The notes beneath the pieces were generated by a model, which was not told the origin of the DNA, did no database searches, and worked only from the letters and a program-made list of their open reading frames with translations. Below are positions 29,087 through 38,529 of a DNA stretch of 38,529 nt, piece after piece. The stretch is from the IMG/VR virus record IMGVR_UViG_2563366802_000008, one strand, 5' to 3'. The stretch's first letter is position 1; every line of letters starts with the position of its first letter. The position numbers were made by a program, and so were the translations under genes. Source of the stretch: a virus (Duplodnaviria > Heunggongvirae > Uroviricota > Caudoviricetes).

Positions 29087-30226
29087 ATGGCTGGAAATAC
29101 CCTGACCGGGTTGATCCCGACTATTTATACCGCCCTGGATGTTGTATCCCGTGAGCAGGTAGGTTTTATCCCTGCGGTAGCAAAAAACGCAAAAGCTGAC
29201 GCCGCAGCAAAAGATCAGACGGTAACCGCGCCAGTTGCGCCTGAGGCGAAAACCGAAGATATCGTACCGGGGCCGTCAGCTCCGAATACCGGTGATCAAA
29301 ATATTGGCACTGTTGATGTGAAAATTACTAAATCCAAAATGGCACCGGTTAAATGGAATGGTGAAGAACAACTGGCTCTTGGCCCTTCAGGGACTTACAA
29401 CACCATTCTGGCTGATCAGTTTAAGCAGGCTTTTCGCGCCCTTGCAAACGAGGTTGAGGCTGATCTTGGTGCGTTGTATTTCGGTGCTTCCCGCGCCGTG
29501 GGAACCGCAGGGACAACGCCGTTTGGTGTTAAAGATGATCTTTCTGATGCTGCTCTGGCTCGTCAGGTTCTGGAGGATAACGGCGCACCGACAACCGATC
29601 TGCAGATGGTGCTTGGCTCCAGTGCCATTGCTAATTTGCGCGGAAAACAGTCTGTACTGTTTAAAGTGAATGAATCCGGCACTGAACAGCTACTGCGTGA
29701 GGGCGTGTTGGGGCGTCTGGAGGGATTCAATATTCACAGTTCGGCAGGTGTAAAACGAGCGCCAAAGGTTGCTGCAACTGGTTATCTCGTGAATGGCGAG
29801 AAAAAAGAAGGCGATGTTCTTATTTCCATTGATACTGGTTCGGGGAGTATTTCTGCAGGTCAGATTGTTACGTTCGCTGGCGATCCGAATCAGTATGTTG
29901 TGGCAGCAGCGACCAGCAATCTGATTACTCTTGCAGCGCCCGGACTGCGTCAGGATCTGGCCGATGATACTGCAATCACAGTTGTTGGCTCCTTTACTGC
30001 AAATATGGCGTTTGATCGCAACGCGTTTCTGCTGGCATCCCGTACTCCGGCAATGCCGGAAGGTGGCGATAATGCTGATGATGTAATGAATGTTACGGAC
30101 CCGATTTCAGGGATTACGTTCCAGATTGCACTGTATCGTCAGTATCGCCAGGTGCGCTATGAAGTTGGACTGGCATGGGGTGTTTCATCAGTGAAGCCGG
30201 CACATGGTTGTCTGATTCTTGGTTAA
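29087..30226 (+). CDS. Major capsid protein
   Basis: ORF 28994-30226; start at ATG 29087 preceded by AAGGAA; position after the scaffold-like gene; 379 aa. Confidence 0.7.
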   Translation: MAGNTLTGLIPTIYTALDVVSREQVGFIPAVAKNAKADAAAKDQTVTAPVAPEAKTEDIVPGPSAPNTGDQNIGTVDVKITKSKMAPVKWNGEEQLALGPSGTYNTILADQFKQAFRALANEVEADLGALYFGASRAVGTAGTTPFGVKDDLSDAALARQVLEDNGAPTTDLQMVLGSSAIANLRGKQSVLFKVNESGTEQLLREGVLGRLEGFNIHSSAGVKRAPKVAATGYLVNGEKKEGDVLISIDTGSGSISAGQIVTFAGDPNQYVVAAATSNLITLAAPGLRQDLADDTAITVVGSFTANMAFDRNAFLLASRTPAMPEGGDNADDVMNVTDPISGITFQIALYRQYRQVRYEVGLAWGVSSVKPAHGCLILG

Positions 30227-30268
30227 ACATTCAAACGGGGCTTCGGCCCCATTTTTAATGGAGGGCAT

Positions 30269-30445
30269 ATGGCCGGATTAACTAAAGAGCAAAGAGCACA
30301 GCGTGAAGCCGCACAAAAAACGCAAATTGAGTTAGTGGTTATGGTGACCGATTATCAGATGTTTCCCGGCGCACCAACTATCGCTAATGTTCATCCTGAT
30401 GAAGTTGACAACTGGAAGGCTATGGGCTGGAAAACTCAGGAGTAA
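30269..30445 (+). CDS. Small hypothetical head-module protein (58 aa)
   Basis: Manual ORF MAGLTKEQRAQREAAQKTQIELVVMVTDYQMFPGAPTIANVHPDEVDNWKAMGWKTQE preceded by GGAGGG; below the ORF-track cutoff. Confidence 0.45.
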   Translation: MAGLTKEQRAQREAAQKTQIELVVMVTDYQMFPGAPTIANVHPDEVDNWKAMGWKTQE

Positions 30446-30448
30446 CAC

Positions 30449-30844
30449 ATGATCACTTACGTGACCTGTGATGACGTTGATAATGCGTTTGGGAACGCCT
30501 GGACGAGTGAGAACGCTAAAAATAAAGCTGTTTTAATGGCTAATGCCTGGCTTAATGGCTTCAACCTGAAAATTAACCCATCCCGTATTCCGGAAGAGGT
30601 AAAACTTGCGGGAGCATATGCAGCCAGAATTGCCTCATTCGGTAAGTTGTTTCAGCAGAAAAATGATTCTGGCGTTGTTATCAGTAAAGCCGTGTCGGCT
30701 GACGGGGTCAGTGTATCGAAATCATTTGCTGAGTTGCCATCAAACAGCACTGTATTGCTTGAACCCGATTTACAGCTTGCGATAGCACTGCTGAAACCGT
30801 ACGGACTTAGTCGCTCACAAGTCAGGGTTGTGAGGGGGGGATAA
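30449..30844 (+). CDS. Head-tail connector / head completion protein
   Basis: 131-aa ORF between capsid and neck genes; assigned by position. Confidence 0.5.
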   Translation: MITYVTCDDVDNAFGNAWTSENAKNKAVLMANAWLNGFNLKINPSRIPEEVKLAGAYAARIASFGKLFQQKNDSGVVISKAVSADGVSVSKSFAELPSNSTVLLEPDLQLAIALLKPYGLSRSQVRVVRGG

Positions 30845-31227
30845 TGGGGCTTCGTGAAGAGATTCAGTCAGAGGTTGCCGCTGCTTTTGATGAGGATTTA
30901 GCGGACGCCGTGAGTGATTTTTCTGGTTCTTACGTTACGCACCGGCACTGGGATCCTGTGACGGAAACTGGCGGCGAATCCACCGCAATCTATACCGGGC
31001 GAGGCGTGTTGACACGTTATAAGCTGGGCAGAATTGATGGGATTAATATTTTGCATGGTGACCTTAAATTAACCGCTCTGGTATGCGAGGTTACGGATAA
31101 ACCCGCTGTCGACCATATTATTGAGATTTATGATCCTGTATTAAGGCAGTTACAACGATACGAGGTAATTACAGCGAGTGTAGATCCTTCCGCATCAGTT
31201 TACTCTATCCAGTTAAGGAGAGCGTAA
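30844..31227 (+). CDS. Head-tail joining protein
   Basis: 127-aa ORF; start overlaps the upstream stop; assigned by position. Confidence 0.5.
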   Translation: MGLREEIQSEVAAAFDEDLADAVSDFSGSYVTHRHWDPVTETGGESTAIYTGRGVLTRYKLGRIDGINILHGDLKLTALVCEVTDKPAVDHIIEIYDPVLRQLQRYEVITASVDPSASVYSIQLRRA

Positions 31228-31608
31228 ATGGCAAAGGCATGGGATATAGAACCGTCAATATTTGCCGGGATGATTGAGGAAGATGTGGGGCTGAAAATTC
31301 GCTACATCGCTATGCAGATTCTTACTGCTATTGATATTGCTGCTCCGGTTGATACCGGACGTTTCAGAAATAACAACCTGGTGTCGTTACAGCATCCCGA
31401 TTTTGGTATATCTGATAACGTGGATCCGAACGGTACGATTGCGGTTCAGCGTGGGATCGGGGTTATTTCGAAAGCTGCAAATTACGGAGTTATTTATATC
31501 CAGAATAACCTTCCTTATGCAGAGGCTCTTGAAAACGGTCATTCACAACAAGCGCCAACTGGCGTGTATGCCAACGCTTTTCATGGTGTTTTACAGGCTT
31601 ACAAATGA
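31228..31608 (+). CDS. Neck protein, HK97 gp10-like
   Basis: 126 aa with VDTGRFRNN and LPYAEALENGHSQQAP motifs characteristic of the HK97 gp10 family. Confidence 0.65.
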   Translation: MAKAWDIEPSIFAGMIEEDVGLKIRYIAMQILTAIDIAAPVDTGRFRNNNLVSLQHPDFGISDNVDPNGTIAVQRGIGVISKAANYGVIYIQNNLPYAEALENGHSQQAPTGVYANAFHGVLQAYK

Positions 31609-31997
31609 CATTTACTGAAATCAGAAATACGGTTATTTCCAGAATGACGGCACAGACGATTATTGATGGAAAAGACGTATTGTATCCGAACGCGCCAACG
31701 TTCGATCCTTCCGGTAAGTTAATCTGGGCGCGGTTAAGTAATATTCCCGGGCAGGCTGGAGTTAATGAAATTGGCGCGGGGCCGATTGTTTATCGCACGG
31801 GGATAATCATTATTCAGTTATTTGTCCCCGCAGGTTCTGGTTCAAAACTCATTACTGAGACAGCCGATAAATTGCGGGGACTGTTTGAGTTTCAGGATGA
31901 CGATCGTCTCAGTTACCAGGCTGTTTCCTCAATAGCCGTTGGCGAAAAGAATGGCTGGTTCCAGCTTAATCTTCAAATTCCATATCGCGCGCTCTAG
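31605..31997 (+). CDS. Tail completion / tail terminator protein
   Basis: 130-aa ORF; start overlaps the upstream stop; position before the major tail protein. Confidence 0.5.
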   Translation: MTFTEIRNTVISRMTAQTIIDGKDVLYPNAPTFDPSGKLIWARLSNIPGQAGVNEIGAGPIVYRTGIIIIQLFVPAGSGSKLITETADKLRGLFEFQDDDRLSYQAVSSIAVGEKNGWFQLNLQIPYRAL

Positions 31998-32023
31998 CGC
32001 AATTAATGACATAGGAGGCTCCT

Positions 32024-32986
32024 GTGAGTTCAGGTGCAAAGGTTATCTCGGCATTTATCCGGGAGACGGTTGCAGGCACTACGCCAGCAAGTGGTGACTG
32101 GAGTTTATTAAAACGCACAAGCTGGGGAGTAAAACCCACCCAGAATAAAGGCGAAAATAATGAGATTGGTGGCTCCCGGATGGCTCAGGGGGCGACGCCT
32201 GGCACTGTGGATGTCGGCGGTGATGTTGGTACCAAATTTCGCTGGGGTCAACATGATGATTTTCTTGCATCCTGTTTCGGCGCGGAATGGTCAGGCGATT
32301 CTCTGACAATGGGGAATGAGCGAATAACATTTTCTCTGGCGACCTATGCGTCCGATGTCGGAATTGCCTCTGTCGTCAGAGGAGCGCAGGTTGGCTCATG
32401 GAAAATGCAGATCCCTAACGACGGCGATATTACAGCGACCGTAACCTTTGCCGGACTGGACTGGGAATCAAAGGCCGATGATACGAATTTTATCAAAGGC
32501 GAACCTGTGGATAGTGCAGGAAAGCTACGTTATTCGTTTAAGGAGGTTTCAGCAGTAAGCCTGAATGGTGTTGCCGGAGGTAACGGTTTTTGTATCGACA
32601 GTTTTGATATTCAGTTCGATAACAAACTCCAGACACAGCGTTGTATCGGGACTGGCTCGCCTTATGCAGGAGCAAATATTCCGACTACTTTTACACCGTC
32701 CGGTACGGTGACGCTTTCATGGTCTAAAGCCGCGTGGGAAATCTGGAGTAAAACACTGACTGGAGAAACAGTTCCGTTCAGCTTCACGCTTTCGAATGGA
32801 GAGGGGGCATACACTTTCAGTTTCCCGAAGGTTCAGGTGTCAGGTGAATGGCCTGATGGGGGTAATAGCGACATTATCCAGGTTCAATTGAGCATTACCG
32901 CAGCAGATGAAGCACCTACGATAACCAGAAAAAAAAATTCCCCGGCTGCCGTGATCGCAAAAGCCAGTGCTGAGGCGATTAGTTGA
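32024..32986 (+). CDS. Major tail (tube) protein
   Basis: 320-aa ORF with GTG start after AGGAGG; directly upstream of the chaperone/tape-measure genes. Confidence 0.65.
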   Translation: MSSGAKVISAFIRETVAGTTPASGDWSLLKRTSWGVKPTQNKGENNEIGGSRMAQGATPGTVDVGGDVGTKFRWGQHDDFLASCFGAEWSGDSLTMGNERITFSLATYASDVGIASVVRGAQVGSWKMQIPNDGDITATVTFAGLDWESKADDTNFIKGEPVDSAGKLRYSFKEVSAVSLNGVAGGNGFCIDSFDIQFDNKLQTQRCIGTGSPYAGANIPTTFTPSGTVTLSWSKAAWEIWSKTLTGETVPFSFTLSNGEGAYTFSFPKVQVSGEWPDGGNSDIIQVQLSITAADEAPTITRKKNSPAAVIAKASAEAIS

Positions 32987-33034
32987 TTTTCCGTTATTCC
33001 TCCTGTGGTACTGCCCTACAGGGGGACGCATTGA

Positions 33035-33496
33035 ATGAGGTTATGGATGTTTATTCTTAATCAGAAAATTATCATTGGTGGAGAACGCTGGTTTACGCCA
33101 ATGAAGGACTTAAAACCTGTAGACGGGTTAAAACTGTTGGTGGCAAGCAGCGATAACGATCAGTATCGCTCCCGTAATGCATTAATCCGTCGCCACATTG
33201 AGAAAATGGATGCCAGTTTGCACGTCGGAACGAAGGAGTTTGATATTTCAAAGGTTTCCGAGGTGAATTCTGTTGATGATTTACTCATTGATAATGCCGC
33301 TCGTTATCTGCTGAAAGACTGGAAAGGGGTTGGTGAACTGGTTAATGGTGTTGAGGTTGCACTGGAATATACGGCAGAACGAGGGATCGCGCTGCTTAAG
33401 CAGAATCCAGAGTTGTACTGGCAGATCCTTGCAGAAGCAGCCAGCATCGCCCAGGGTAAAGAGCAGCAGAAGCAGGATACGATAAAAAAGCCATAG
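33035..33496 (+). CDS. Tail assembly chaperone (gpG-like)
   Basis: 153-aa ORF upstream of the tape-measure gene, ending just after the slippery heptamer A AAA AAG. Confidence 0.7.
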   Translation: MRLWMFILNQKIIIGGERWFTPMKDLKPVDGLKLLVASSDNDQYRSRNALIRRHIEKMDASLHVGTKEFDISKVSEVNSVDDLLIDNAARYLLKDWKGVGELVNGVEVALEYTAERGIALLKQNPELYWQILAEAASIAQGKEQQKQDTIKKP

Positions 33497-33804
33497 CTGC
33501 CCAGCGGTGGTTATCGGAGTTCGGGGGAGAAAGGGGGGAAAAGGCAAGATGGAAGCGAGAAAAACTCAGGTTGCCACCGATACCGGAACCAGAAATAGAC
33601 CCGGTGCTTAAGGAGTTGTTGTACGCCTATTCGGTAATATCCCGTGCCCGACGTTATGCTGGAATGGCTGGGGTGCCTTTGCCTTTATCTCTGACAGAGA
33701 TAAATGAATATTTAGCCACTCATCCGGTATTGATTGAGCGCGATGAATTTGAAGCAGTGATCTTTGCACTGGATGACCAGTATTTTCAGGAGCAGTGTGT
33801 GTAG
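33035..33804 (+). CDS. Tail assembly chaperone frameshift product (gpGT-like, -1 shift at 33484-33490)
   Basis: -1 frame is open from the slippery site through ...RWKREKLRLPPIPEPEIDPVLKELLYAYSV... to a stop at 33804; canonical G/GT arrangement. Confidence 0.6.
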
Positions 33805-33967
33805 TTGTTAATTACGTACACTCTGTTACAGAGATGTGATGGTGTCTTTAATTAAATCGATGATGCTCCTGGAGAAAAGCATTGCGTGGCCTCGTAATCG
33901 CTATATCTACTATTATGTCGCCTGAAACCCACTTCGGTGGTTTTTTTGTTGTCAGGAGTTTTAATAA

Positions 33968-36900
33968 ATGGCAGAGCAAACCTCGCGTCTCGCAATAATT
34001 ATTGATAGCACTGGAGCGAAAAATAATGCTGACAATCTGACCTCCTCATTAGTCAAAATGACGCAGGCTGGGGAAACTGCTGCAAATAGCGCAGGGAAAG
34101 TGACTAAGGCAACAGAAGATGAGAAGAACGCGCTCGCAAAATTAAAAGCAGCTATTGATCCAGTTGGTGCCGCAATTGATACTGTCGGTCGACGCTATTC
34201 TGAATTAAAGAAATTTTTCGATAAAGGGCTTATTGATAAAGAAGAATATGAATTTCTTGTCCGTAAACTTAATGAAACCACAGAGGAATTGAGCGGGGTT
34301 GCGCAAGCGCAGAGAGAAGCCGAGAAGGCCGGAAAACTTGCTGCCGCCCAGCAGGAAGCGCAGGCTCAGGCCTTTCAAAGAATGCTGGACAAGATCGACC
34401 CTCTGGCTGCGGCGCTAAGAAATCTTGAACAACAGCAGGATGAACTTAATGCTGCGTTTGCATCCGGGAAAATAAATGGTTCTCAGTTTGAGAATTATAG
34501 CCGAAAAATACAGGAAACACGGCGAGAGCTTACCGGAGAGGCTCAGGCAGAGCGAGAAGCAGCAAAAGCGCATGATGAACAGGTTGCTGCTTTGCAACGT
34601 CTGATTGCTCAACTTGACCCTGTCGGAACTGCTTTTAATCGTCTGGTAGAACAACAGAAACAGCTCAATGAAGCAAAAGCTAAGGGGATGCTCTCTCCTG
34701 AAATGTATGAGGAACTTTCTGGAAAACTTCGTGCTATGCGGAGTGAGCTTGAGGTTACTCAATCTCAATTAAGCAAAACCGGAATGTCGGCAAAACAAAC
34801 GGCTTTTGCTATGCGCATGTTGCCTGCACAAATGACGGATATTGTTGTTGGGTTGTCCACTGGTCAGTCGCCTTTTATGGTGTTAATGCAGCAGGGCGGC
34901 CAGCTAAAAGATATGTTCGGTGGGATTGGCCCGGCGATCAAAGGTGTTGGTTCTTATGTGCTGGGATTAATTAATCCTTTTACCCTGGCCGCAGCAGCCG
35001 TTGGCGTCTTAGGGCTGGCTTACTATAAAGGCTCTCAGGAGCAGGACGAATTTAATAAATCTCTTATTCTTACCGGAAATCAGTTGGGGACAACCAGCGG
35101 GCAATTGGCCGATATAGTTCAACGTGCCGGGAATGCGGCTGATTCGACAACTGGCGCTGCGGCGGCAGTATTAAACCAGCTTGTGCGTTCGGGAAAGGTA
35201 GCGAGCAGTTCGCTGGAGCAAGTGACGACAGCGATAGTAAAAACGAGTGAAGTAACAGGAATATCAACCGAACAACTGGTTAATGACTTCAATGAAATTG
35301 CAAAGGATCCTGTCAGTGCCATATCAAAACTTAATGATCAGTACCATTTTCTGACAATTGCGACTTATAACCAGATTAAGGCGCTACAGGATGAAGGGAA
35401 CCAGCAGGAGGCCGCCCGCATTGCGACAGAAGCCTACTCATCCTCAATGATCCAGCGCACCAACCAGATTAAAGAAAATCTTGGTTATCTTGAGACTGCA
35501 TGGAAAGCTGTCGCAGACTCCGCAAAATGGGCATGGGATTCCATGCTGGATATTGGCCGTGAGGCCTCCCTTGATCAAAAAATCTCAGATGTTCTCCGTC
35601 AAATTGATGAAATAGAAAAAAATACCCGACCCGGAGTTTTCGGGTTAGGTGGCATTGGAGATGGCGGAGCTCAAAATAAAAGGCTGGCACGATTAAAGCA
35701 GCAATTGGGCGTACTTCAAGCAGAAAAAATTGCTCAGGACGTACTAAATTCATCAATAAACGATTACAACAAGCGACAACAGGAAGGAATTGAACTCAGA
35801 CAGAGAGCAGATGCCTTTTCAAAACAATATCAGACCCGGGAGCAGCAGAGAGCTAGTGAACTTGCAAAACTGGAAAAACTAAAGAGTCAGTATTCAAAGG
35901 AAGAATATAATAATCTTATCGCTCAAATAAATGAGCGTTATAAAGATCCAAAGCAACCAAAGGCGAAAGGTTATTCGGATGATGCTGCCCAACGAATGAT
36001 TGATCATCTGAATCAACAGAATGCGTTACTAAGTTCACAAACTGAATTAACCGTTAAATTAAGTTCCTCTGAACAGGAACTGGTTAAGTGGCGTCAGCAG
36101 ATTGCCGACCTGGAGTCACGACCGTCATCGAAATTAACCAAGGATCAGAAATCGCTTCTCTTACACCGGGAAGAAATAACCGCGTTGATGGAGAAAAATG
36201 TTGCGATTGAAAAAAATAACAGGCTAATCAAGGAATCCGCCGAAATAGCTGCATGGCGTGATTCATTGCAGGCTTCGATTGATAATCGTCAACAGGGGTA
36301 TGATATTCAGATTGCTGGTTATGGGGTTGGCGATAAAAATCAGCAACGCCAGCAGGAATTACTGCGGATTGAACGTGAATATAACAATCAGCGTCTGCAA
36401 CTTGAACGTGACTATGCAGATAAATCCCGTGGGATGTCAAATCATGTTTTTCAGGAGAAAATGCAGGCTCTGAATGATGCTCTGGAACGAGAAAAAGAAA
36501 TTGTCAGACAGAAAAACGAGCAGCTCGATATTCAGGCAGGAGACTGGGTTAGTGGTGCCTCCCAGGGATTCAATAACTGGCTGGATGACACTAAGGATAT
36601 CAGTGAGCAGATAAAATCAACCACGACTCAGATGTTTGATGGAATGACCGATGCGCTGGGTGATTTTGTCACGACAGGCAAGGCAAATTTTCGTTCTTTC
36701 GCTACTTCCGTGATTTCGGATCTTAGTCGAATAGCATTAAAGGCTTCAATTACTGGGATTTTCGACAGCATTAGTAACAGTTCTTCGGGGGGGATTTTAG
36801 GAACTATCGGGAGTGCTATTAGTAAATTTATTCCGAATGCAAAGGGCGGTGTTTATGAGTCTCCGTCATTGAACACGTATTCGAACGGTATTTATGATTC

Positions 36901-37201
36901 CCCGCAATTTTTTGCTTTTGCAAAAGGGGCTGGTGTTTTTGGTGAGGCTGGTCCGGAAGCCATTATGCCATTAACACGAACTTCCGATGGTTCTCTTGGT
37001 GTCAGAGCTATTAATAGTAAAAGTGGTAATGGAGGCGGAGATATTACCTATGCCCCTGTATACCAAATCACTATTCAAAATGACGGCCAGAATGGAGAGA
37101 TTGGCCCTCAGGCAATAAAAGCACTTATGGGGATGGTTGATCAGCGGGTGCAGGGCAATCTGTTAAATATGCGACGTGATGGGGGAATGTTAAGTGGCTA
37201 A
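33968..37201 (+). CDS. Tail tape measure protein
   Basis: 1077-aa ORF, coiled-coil-rich (repeated Q/E/A/K/L segments), glycine-rich C-terminal region; position between chaperone and gpM-like gene. Confidence 0.85.
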   Translation: MAEQTSRLAIIIDSTGAKNNADNLTSSLVKMTQAGETAANSAGKVTKATEDEKNALAKLKAAIDPVGAAIDTVGRRYSELKKFFDKGLIDKEEYEFLVRKLNETTEELSGVAQAQREAEKAGKLAAAQQEAQAQAFQRMLDKIDPLAAALRNLEQQQDELNAAFASGKINGSQFENYSRKIQETRRELTGEAQAEREAAKAHDEQVAALQRLIAQLDPVGTAFNRLVEQQKQLNEAKAKGMLSPEMYEELSGKLRAMRSELEVTQSQLSKTGMSAKQTAFAMRMLPAQMTDIVVGLSTGQSPFMVLMQQGGQLKDMFGGIGPAIKGVGSYVLGLINPFTLAAAAVGVLGLAYYKGSQEQDEFNKSLILTGNQLGTTSGQLADIVQRAGNAADSTTGAAAAVLNQLVRSGKVASSSLEQVTTAIVKTSEVTGISTEQLVNDFNEIAKDPVSAISKLNDQYHFLTIATYNQIKALQDEGNQQEAARIATEAYSSSMIQRTNQIKENLGYLETAWKAVADSAKWAWDSMLDIGREASLDQKISDVLRQIDEIEKNTRPGVFGLGGIGDGGAQNKRLARLKQQLGVLQAEKIAQDVLNSSINDYNKRQQEGIELRQRADAFSKQYQTREQQRASELAKLEKLKSQYSKEEYNNLIAQINERYKDPKQPKAKGYSDDAAQRMIDHLNQQNALLSSQTELTVKLSSSEQELVKWRQQIADLESRPSSKLTKDQKSLLLHREEITALMEKNVAIEKNNRLIKESAEIAAWRDSLQASIDNRQQGYDIQIAGYGVGDKNQQRQQELLRIEREYNNQRLQLERDYADKSRGMSNHVFQEKMQALNDALEREKEIVRQKNEQLDIQAGDWVSGASQGFNNWLDDTKDISEQIKSTTTQMFDGMTDALGDFVTTGKANFRSFATSVISDLSRIALKASITGIFDSISNSSSGGILGTIGSAISKFIPNAKGGVYESPSLNTYSNGIYDSPQFFAFAKGAGVFGEAGPEAIMPLTRTSDGSLGVRAINSKSGNGGGDITYAPVYQITIQNDGQNGEIGPQAIKALMGMVDQRVQGNLLNMRRDGGMLSG

Positions 37202-37532
37202 TACGGAAGAATTTCACTGGTTACCAGAGGATGGAATGAAAACAGAAAATAAACCATCGATAAAAACTGTAAGATTTGGCGATGGTTATGAGCAACGAAG
37301 TCCAAATGGACTTAATCATTCTCTGCGCGTTTTCACCTGTGATTTCAAAGTTGAGGCGAATGAACGTGATTCATTTGAAAAATTTTTAGCCCGGCATGAA
37401 GGCTATAAATCTTTTTTTTGGCGCCCGCCGGGTATTAACAGAAAAATCAGAGTGGTGTGTCGAACGTGGTCAGCGACAGAACATATCACCTATACCGATT
37501 TTTCGTGTCAGTTTGACGAAGTGGTGATCTGA
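37194..37532 (+). CDS. Minor tail protein (lambda gpM-like)
   Basis: 112 aa; GTG start after GGGGGA; size, position and sequence resemble recalled lambda M. Confidence 0.7.
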   Translation: MANTEEFHWLPEDGMKTENKPSIKTVRFGDGYEQRSPNGLNHSLRVFTCDFKVEANERDSFEKFLARHEGYKSFFWRPPGINRKIRVVCRTWSATEHITYTDFSCQFDEVVI

Positions 37533-38230
37533 TGCAGGACATACAACAGGAAACGCTGAATGAATGCATTCGTGCGGAGCAGTCGGCCAGCGTGGTGCTC
37601 TGGGAAATCGACCTGACCGAGGTAGGCGGGGATCGCTACTTTTTCTGCAATGAGCAGAATGAAAAAGGTGAGTCTGTCACCTGGCAGAGTCGGCAGTATC
37701 AGGCCTATCCCATTCAGGGGAGTGGATTTGAGATGAACGGCAAGGGCAGTGCTGCCCGTCCGACACTGACGGTCTCTAACCTGCACGGCATGGTCACCGG
37801 GATGGCGGAAGATCTGCAGAGTCTGGTCGGCGGAACGGTGGTCCGGCGTAAGGTTTACGCCCGTTTTCTGGATGCGGTGAACTTCGTCAACGGAAACAGT
37901 GACGCCGATCCGGAGCAGGAGGTGATCAGCCGCTGGCGCATCGAGCAGTGCAGCGAACTGAGCGCGGTGAGTGCCTCTTTTGTACTGTCCACGCCGACGG
38001 AAACGGACGGTGCCGTTTTTCCGGGACGTATCATGCTGGCCAACACCTGCACCTGGACCTATCGCGGCGATGAGTGCGGTTATCACGGTCCGGCGGTCGC
38101 GGATGAATATGACCAGCCAACGTCCGATATCACGAAGGATAAATGCAGCAAATGCCTGAGCGGTTGTAAGTTCCGCAATAACGTCGGCAACTTTGGCGGC
38201 TTCCTTTCCATTAACAAACTTTCGCAGTAA
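37532..38230 (+). CDS. Minor tail protein (lambda gpL-like)
   Basis: 232 aa; start overlaps the upstream stop (TGATG); C-terminal cysteine cluster CSKCLSGC as in lambda L. Confidence 0.75.
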   Translation: MQDIQQETLNECIRAEQSASVVLWEIDLTEVGGDRYFFCNEQNEKGESVTWQSRQYQAYPIQGSGFEMNGKGSAARPTLTVSNLHGMVTGMAEDLQSLVGGTVVRRKVYARFLDAVNFVNGNSDADPEQEVISRWRIEQCSELSAVSASFVLSTPTETDGAVFPGRIMLANTCTWTYRGDECGYHGPAVADEYDQPTSDITKDKCSKCLSGCKFRNNVGNFGGFLSINKLSQ

Positions 38231-38235
38231 ATCCC

Positions 38236-38529
38236 ATGACAGAGACAGAATCAGCGATTCTGGCGCACGCCCGGCGATGTGCTCCAGCGGAGTCGTGCGG
38301 CTTCGTGGTAAGAACGCCGGAGGGGGAAAGATATTTCCCCTGCGTGAATATCTCCGGTGAGCCGGAGGCGTATTTCCGTATGTCGCCGGAAGACTGGCTG
38401 CAGGCAGAGATGCAGGGTGAGATTGTGGCACTGGTCCACAGCCACCCCGGTGGTCTGCCCTGGCTGAGTGAGGCCGACCGGCGGCTGCAGGTGCAGAGTG
38501 ATTTGCCGTGGTGGCTGGTCTGCCGGGGG
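38236..38529 (+). CDS. Tail assembly protein (lambda gpK-like), 3'-truncated by the window end
   Basis: Open frame from ATG 38236 to the window end: MTETESAILAHARRCAPAESCGFVVRTPEGERYF...LVHSHPGG... (MPN/JAMM-like HxH-type segment); no stop within the window. Confidence 0.7.
   Translation, partial: MTETESAILAHARRCAPAESCGFVVRTPEGERYFPCVNISGEPEAYFRMSPEDWLQAEMQGEIVALVHSHPGGLPWLSEADRRLQVQSDLPWWLVCRG

Noticed and set aside
34415-35756. Minus-strand ORFs of 65-117 aa
   Set aside because: Antisense within the tape-measure gene; low-complexity translations.
37508-38431. 307-aa minus-strand ORF
   Set aside because: Antisense to the gpL-like and gpK-like genes in GC-rich DNA; Pro/Arg/Ala-rich low-complexity translation; the plus-strand genes have clear lambda-like features.

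Overview
The window is a Rac-like lambdoid prophage of an E. coli-type genome, read from its integrase end into the tail genes. Left to right: integrase and excisionase, the early-left RecE/RecT recombination region with small kil/exclusion genes, a CI/Cro/YdaT immunity region, and a YdaU-like replication gene carrying internal iteron-like repeats. Then comes an AT-rich accessory island (about 10.8-15.9 kb), followed by DUF1367/DUF1364 genes and a putative Q-like antiterminator, two tRNAs (Thr, Gly), an IS3 element that truncates Rz with no holin or endolysin present, the trkG moron, ynaK and a ydaY-like gene, and an apparently intact head/tail module from terminase to gpK (cut by the window end). 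The main discovery candidate is in the accessory island: a translationally coupled three-gene cassette encoding an adenosine-deaminase-fold enzyme, a Ham1/ITPase-like pyrophosphatase and a stand-alone SIR2 domain protein, with a divergent TetR-family regulator. I do not recognise this trio as a named defence system. All protein identifications rest on motif recognition and recall of K-12 Rac proteins by eye; no searches were run.
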